This document shows, in pieces, positions 59,311-64,000 of a stretch of DNA of 64,000 nucleotides (within the stretch, counting starts at the first letter, position 1; the number at the start of each line of letters is the position of its first letter). The notes under the pieces were generated by a model. That model searched no databases. It was given only the letters and a program-made list of their open reading frames with translations, and was not told where the DNA came from. Origin of the DNA: Treponemataceae bacterium (GTDB taxonomy: Bacteria > Spirochaetota > Spirochaetia > Treponematales > Rectinemataceae); assembly GCA_963667725.2 (NCBI GenBank), contig CAXXHO010000001.1, forward strand, positions 34,362-98,361, in the 5' to 3' direction. Made by a program: the position numbers and the translations under genes.

Positions 59311-60693
59311 TTAGTCTTTCATGGCCCAGGCGGCTTCGCGGATGGCCTCGGAAACCGTGGGATGGGGGAATACGAGCTGGCGCAGGTCGGACACGCGCAG
59401 CTCCTGCTCGATCACGGCGGAGGCGCCCCAGATAGTCTCGGAGGCGTAGGCGCCGACGATGTGGACGCCGATGATCCTGCCCGAGGCGGCCTCGGCGATG
59501 AGCTTGGCCGTGCCGGGGGCGGCGAAGCCGTTCTCGGCGGCGAAGCGGCCGGAGACGCGCAGGGGCACGCTCGAGGTCTTGACCGCGATGCCGCGCCGCT
59601 CGGCTTCCTGCTGGGTGAGGCCGATGCCCGCCGCTTCGGGGATGGAGTAGACGGCCCAGGGGATCGCGTCCCAGCGGAGCGTCTCGCCGCGGGCGGCGGC
59701 GGCTTCGCCGTCGACGATGTTGGCGGCGGCCACTTCGGCCATGCGGTAGGCGGTGTGCGCCAGGAGGCTGCGCCCCGTGACGTCGCCCACGGCCCAGACC
59801 TTGGGTAGGTTGGTGCGCATGCGGTCGTCCACGACGACGCCCTTGGGCGAGACGTCGAGCCCCGCTTCCTTGGCGCCCCAGCCTTCGACGTTGGGCTTGC
59901 GGCCGACGGCCATCAGGACGAGGTCGGCTTCGGACTTGGCCTCGGATCCGTCTTTCTTCCTATAAAATACCGTGGCGCCCTCGATCTTCTCGACCTTGCA
60001 GCCGAGGTTGAAGGTGACGCCTTTCAGGCCGCGGCGCAGGATCGGCGCCGCTTCCCTGTCCATGAAGGGGACGATCTCGTCGAGCATCTCGACGACCTCG
60101 ACCTCGGCGCCGAGGGCCGAGAAGAGGCTGGCGAACTCGACGCCGATGACGCCGCCGCCGATCACGCAGAGGCGCTTGGGCACCTCGGGGACCGAGAGGA
60201 GGCCGGTCGAATCCACGACTTTGGGGTTGCCGCGGCAGCCGGGGATCGGCGGCATCACGGGAAGGGAGCCCGTGGCGACGATAATGTGTTCAGTATCGTA
60301 CACTTTTTCGCCGATCTGGACCTTGCCAGGGCCGAGGAGCTTGGCTTCGGCGGCGATCACGTCCACGCCGAGCTTCTTCTCGGTCAGGCCGATGGCGCCG
60401 ACGAGCTTGGAGACGACCTCTTCCTTCCAGGCTTGCATGGCCTTCCAGTCGTAGCGGACGTTGTCCGCGGAGACGCCGAACTTGGCGCCTTCCCTGGCAT
60501 GGACATAGAGCTTGGCCGAGTTGAGGAGGGTTTTGGTGGGTATGCAGCCGACGTTGAGGCAGGTGCCCCCGAGGGCGCTCTTCTCGGCCAGGGCGACTTT
60601 CTTTCCGGCGTGGGCGAGGCGCTCCGCGGCCAGGTAGCCGCCAGGTCCGCCGCCCATCACGATGACATCGTACTTGTCCATTTTTTTGTACAT
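59311..60693 (-). CDS. lpdA: Dihydrolipoamide dehydrogenase (E3)
   Basis: GGGPGG, GGTCLNVGCIPTK, GGGVIG and HPTVSE. Confidence 0.94.
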   Translation of the reverse strand: MYKKMDKYDVIVMGGGPGGYLAAERLAHAGKKVALAEKSALGGTCLNVGCIPTKTLLNSAKLYVHAREGAKFGVSADNVRYDWKAMQAWKEEVVSKLVGAIGLTEKKLGVDVIAAEAKLLGPGKVQIGEKVYDTEHIIVATGSLPVMPPIPGCRGNPKVVDSTGLLSVPEVPKRLCVIGGGVIGVEFASLFSALGAEVEVVEMLDEIVPFMDREAAPILRRGLKGVTFNLGCKVEKIEGATVFYRKKDGSEAKSEADLVLMAVGRKPNVEGWGAKEAGLDVSPKGVVVDDRMRTNLPKVWAVGDVTGRSLLAHTAYRMAEVAAANIVDGEAAAARGETLRWDAIPWAVYSIPEAAGIGLTQQEAERRGIAVKTSSVPLRVSGRFAAENGFAAPGTAKLIAEAASGRIIGVHIVGAYASETIWGASAVIEQELRVSDLRQLVFPHPTVSEAIREAAWAMKD

Positions 60694-60701
60694 CCTCCCG
60701 T

Positions 60702-62130
60702 TTAGGCGAGCATCACTATGTCGATGTTCGCGATGTAGTCGGCCAGGTCCTTGAGGTAGCGGGCCGCGTCCGCGCCGTCCACGATGCGGTGGTCGACGGT
60801 GAGCGAGAAGCCGATGCGCATCTCGACGCCCGGTTTTCCGTCGGGGCCGATGGCCGCGCGCGGCGCGATGTTGTCCACGCCCAGGATGCCGGTCTCGGGC
60901 TCGTTCAGGATCGGGGTGAAGCTCTCGATGCCGAAGGCGCCGAGGTTGGTCACGGTGAAGGTGGAGCCGGAGAGGCTGTCGGGGTTGGCGGCGCCGTCCA
61001 GGCAGGCTTTAGCGAGGCTCTTGGACTGCTCGGAGAACTGGCGCAGCGAAAGCGCGTTGGCGTTCCGGATCACGGGGACCATGAGGGCCGCGCGGCGTGT
61101 CGACCGCCAGGCCGAGGTGGACGTTCTTCCAGGCGCGCACCGTTCCGTCCACGACGTGGGCGTTGATCTTGGGATACTTGGCCAGGACGCGGCTCGCGGC
61201 GAAGGCGACCATGTCGCCGATCGTCACGGCGGAGAGGCCGAGGGCAGGGTCGGAATTCTTGAGGCGGTTGCGCATGGCCAGGAGCTTTTCCGCGGGGGCG
61301 CTGGCGTTGAAGGTGAGCTGGGCGCTGGCCTGCAACGAGTGCATCATGCGGTCCGCGATGATCTTGCGGATGCTCCTGATGGGCGTGTCCTCGTAGGGGC
61401 CGGGGAAGGAGGCTGCTGCTTGCGCAGCGGGGGCGGCGGGCTGGGGCGCGGCGGAGGCCGGGGCTGCCGCGGGGGCGGCCTTGGCGGCGTCGAGGTCGGC
61501 GGCGGTGAGCCTTCCGCCCAGGCCGGAGCCGGTCTTGGCGGCGTCGTAGAGGCCGCGCAGGACGGCGAGGTCCTTGGCCGAGGCGGTCATGCCGGCGCCG
61601 GCGGAAAGGGCGGCCTGCACATCGCGCTCGATGATCCGGCCGCCGGGGCCGGTGCCAGCCGCGACAGCCTCGATGGGGAGGCCTTCCTCGCGGGCGAGGG
61701 CCTTGGCGCGGGGGCTGGCGTGGACGGGTCCTGCGGGGACAGCCGCAGCTGCGGCTGCAGTGGCGGCCGGAGCGGCGGCGACTGCCGCGGGGGCGGCTTC
61801 GTCGGCCGGTGACGCGGCAGCCTCGGCTGCGGGAGCTGCGGCGGCCGGGCTTGCTCCCCGGATTCCCAACGCGGCCAGATCCACCGCCTCGCCGGCCTGC
61901 CCGACCACGGCGATCGGCGCCAGCACGGGGACATCGTCGCCCTCGGCGGCCAGGCGCTTGAGAAGCACGCCCGCGGCGCCGGCGGGGACGTCCATCGTCG
62001 CCTTGTCGGTTTCGATCTCGCAGAGGACGGCGTCGGCCGCCACGGCCTGCCCTTCCTCGATGTTCCATTTCACGATGATGCACGACTCCACGGTATTCCC
62101 GAGCTTCGGCATGACCACGACTTGAGCCAT
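60702..62130 (-). pseudogene. Dihydrolipoamide acyltransferase (E2) interrupted by a +1 frameshift near 61085-61087 (real or sequencing error)
   Basis: Lipoyl motif ETDKA, E3-binding ASPRAK and LAVDTPRG in one frame; LMVPVIR...DHRIVDG continues in the next frame. Confidence 0.85.
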
Positions 62131-62139
62131 AATGCCTCC

Positions 62140-62895
62140 CTAGACGACGCGCACGTTGAGCGCGTTTTCCTGCATCGCCGCAAGGGCGTTCTTTTCAATT
62201 CCGGAATCGGTGATGATGCCGTCCACCTCGGACAGCGCGAGCACGTTGACGAAGCCCGACTCTCCGTATTTGGACGAGTCGGCGACCAGCCAGGTCTCCT
62301 TGGCCCGCGAGCGCATGGCCTTGACCACCTCCGAGCCCTCGACGAGCTGGGTGGTGAGGCCGCGCTCCACGCTGAAGCCGTCCGTGCCGACGAAGGCCAG
62401 GCGCACGTTGAACTCGGAGATGGCCTTGAGGGTGACGGGTCCGACGAGGGACTCGGTTTCCTTCCGGAAGACGCCTCCCGTCAGGATGATGTTGAGGGCG
62501 GGGTTGAGCCGCGCGTAGGAGAAGACGAGGGTGGAGTTGGTGACGACCTGGACGCCGCGCCTTCCGGCGAGGTAGCGCGCGATGAGGGCGGTGGTCGTGC
62601 CCGCCTCGATCATGATGGAGTCGCCGTCGCGGACAAATTCCGCCGCCGCGCGGGCGATGCGGTTCTTCTCCTCCACGCGGAGGCGCTGCCGGTCGATGAT
62701 GTCCTTGTAGAAGGCGGGATAGGCGCCGCCCCGCGTGCGGTTTATGTAGCCCTTTTCTTCCAGGGCCTTGAGGTCGGAGCGGATCGTGACTTCGGAGACG
62801 GCGAGCTCGCGAGCGAGCGAGGCCACCGAGAGCGAGCCTTCGTTCGCAAGCTTGTCGAGCATAAAGGATTCGCGCTCGTTCAGGTCGAAGTTCAT
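62140..62895 (-). CDS. DeoR/GlpR family transcriptional regulator
   Basis: VSEVTIRSDL..L...G.I.RTRGGA, EAGTT, VVTNS and DSSK. Confidence 0.93.
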   Translation of the reverse strand: MNFDLNERESFMLDKLANEGSLSVASLARELAVSEVTIRSDLKALEEKGYINRTRGGAYPAFYKDIIDRQRLRVEEKNRIARAAAEFVRDGDSIMIEAGTTTALIARYLAGRRGVQVVTNSTLVFSYARLNPALNIILTGGVFRKETESLVGPVTLKAISEFNVRLAFVGTDGFSVERGLTTQLVEGSEVVKAMRSRAKETWLVADSSKYGESGFVNVLALSEVDGIITDSGIEKNALAAMQENALNVRVV

Positions 62896-62915
62896 CCGGG
62901 CCCCCAATGGATAAA

Positions 62916-62992
62916 TTTCGAATTACTTTCTTTGTAGTTTCGAAACTCTTTCGTTTCACTTATATCATACGGCGAGTTCCGAAAATCATCAA
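62916..62992 (-). promoter_or_regulatory. Promoter TTGATG-17-TATGAT followed by four 11-bp-phased TTTC(G/T) repeats (DeoR operator candidate)
   Basis: Repeats at 62916, 62927, 62938 and 62949; -10 at 62964-62969; -35 at 62987-62992. Confidence 0.7.
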
Positions 62993-63103
62993 GGGGGAAA
63001 GCTGGGATGCCCGGCGCTTTTCCGGTAACGCGGAGGCCGGCCGCGGGTTATCCTCATTGAAGGCGCGTCACGCGCGCCCTATCATGGGAACCAGGAGCGA
63101 ACG

Positions 63104-63829
63104 ATGAAAAAGACCATAGCGATATTCGCGGCGATCCTCGCCTTCGCGGCGGCGGCCGGCGCCGCGGCCCAGGCGGCCCAGCCGGGCCCGCCCGCGCGCT
63201 ACGTGCGGGTGACCGGCGAGGCGACGGCGACCGTGGACGCCGACCTGGCAATCCTGAGCCTGGGCATCGTGCAGCAGGCCAAGACCACCCTCGCCGCGCG
63301 CGAGGCGGTGACGGCCATCGCCGACAAGGCCATTGCCGCGGTGGCCGCGCTGGGCGTCGACCGCAAGGACATCCGCACGAGCGGCTTCAGCATTACGCCG
63401 GTCTACGACGAGCGCGCCGGCAAGCAGAACCAGATCGTCGGCTACAGGGCCGACTGCTCCATCACCCTGCGCCTCGAAGACACCGGCCTCGTGGCCGAGG
63501 CGGTCGACGCCGCCACGGGCGCGGGCGCGAACGAGGTGAGAAACCTGGATTACCGGAAGAAGAACGAAGACGAGCTGCGCATCGAAACGCTGAAGCGCGC
63601 CGTGGCGAACGCGGCGGCCAAGGCTTCCGCCATCGCGGCCACCCTGGGCGGGACCCTCGGGCCGGCGATCAGCGTCGAAGAGCAGGGCTACTCGCTGCGC
63701 GCCCCCGACTCGCGGCTTTACCTGGCCAAGGCGGCGATGGGGAGCGTCGCGGCATCACCGCGCGAGGCCTTTTCTCCCGGCTCCATCGAGGTGAGCGCCT
63801 CGGTAGCCGCCGTCTTCGAGCTGCGCTAG
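63104..63829 (+). CDS. SIMPL (DUF541) domain exported protein
   Basis: Signal peptide; VTGEA....ADLA, DIRTSGFSITPVYD, GAN, AV.NA..KA and PGSIEV. Confidence 0.88.
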   Translation: MKKTIAIFAAILAFAAAAGAAAQAAQPGPPARYVRVTGEATATVDADLAILSLGIVQQAKTTLAAREAVTAIADKAIAAVAALGVDRKDIRTSGFSITPVYDERAGKQNQIVGYRADCSITLRLEDTGLVAEAVDAATGAGANEVRNLDYRKKNEDELRIETLKRAVANAAAKASAIAATLGGTLGPAISVEEQGYSLRAPDSRLYLAKAAMGSVAASPREAFSPGSIEVSASVAAVFELR

Positions 63830-63880
63830 GCCCTCTTATCACGAAGCCGCCCAAGGGCTATAGTGGCCGCACAGAACGCG

Positions 63881-64000
63881 ATGAATAACTACCACACCCA
63901 CACCTACCGCTGCCATCACGCCCAGGGCGACGTTGCCGACTATGTGGCCGAAGCCGCCCGCGCGGGCTTGGGCGAACTCGGCTTCAGCGAGCACTGCCCC
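63881..64000 (+). CDS. PHP-family histidinol-phosphatase-like protein (5' partial, runs off the window)
   Basis: MNNYHTHTYRCHHAQG...GFSEHCP. Confidence 0.8.
   Translation, partial: MNNYHTHTYRCHHAQGDVADYVAEAARAGLGELGFSEHCP

Noticed and set aside
61075..61100. Programmed ribosomal frameshift in E2
   Set aside because: No slippery heptamer or long homopolymer; a simple indel explains it.

Overview
GC-rich bacterial chromosomal window, probably from an anaerobic spirochaete. That placement is an inference from the integron layout, the lipoproteins and the Wzi-like paralog family. About 55 genes can be supported. From left to right: an intact integron integrase with an extra N-terminal HARP-like domain and no cassettes on its 5' side; Fe-ADH, a monothiol thioredoxin-like protein and a MATE pump; a W/Mo aldehyde:ferredoxin oxidoreductase with its 4Fe-4S partner; a lipoprotein flavocytochrome-c-type fumarate reductase; a polar amino acid ABC transporter with tandem ARG-like boxes; four alternating-orientation Wzi-like outer-membrane paralogs; a convergent fur-feoAB / znuACB-zur metal island with clear operators; a fucI/fucU sugar ABC cluster lacking fucK and fucA; AraC-chvE-mmsAB; an uncharacterised C69 peptidase / DUF6305-like / DctM-like / micro-membrane protein / M14 deacylase operon; a 7TM GGDEF protein; and a DeoR-led operon joining a 2-oxoacid-dehydrogenase-like complex (E2 frameshifted) to sugar-phosphate enzymes. 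Non-coding signals include several leaderless promoters, a dispersed ACAGGAT short repeat and recurrent in-frame micro-duplications. No rRNA, tRNA, CRISPR array or IS element was recognised. All family assignments come from motif recognition by eye, not database searches.
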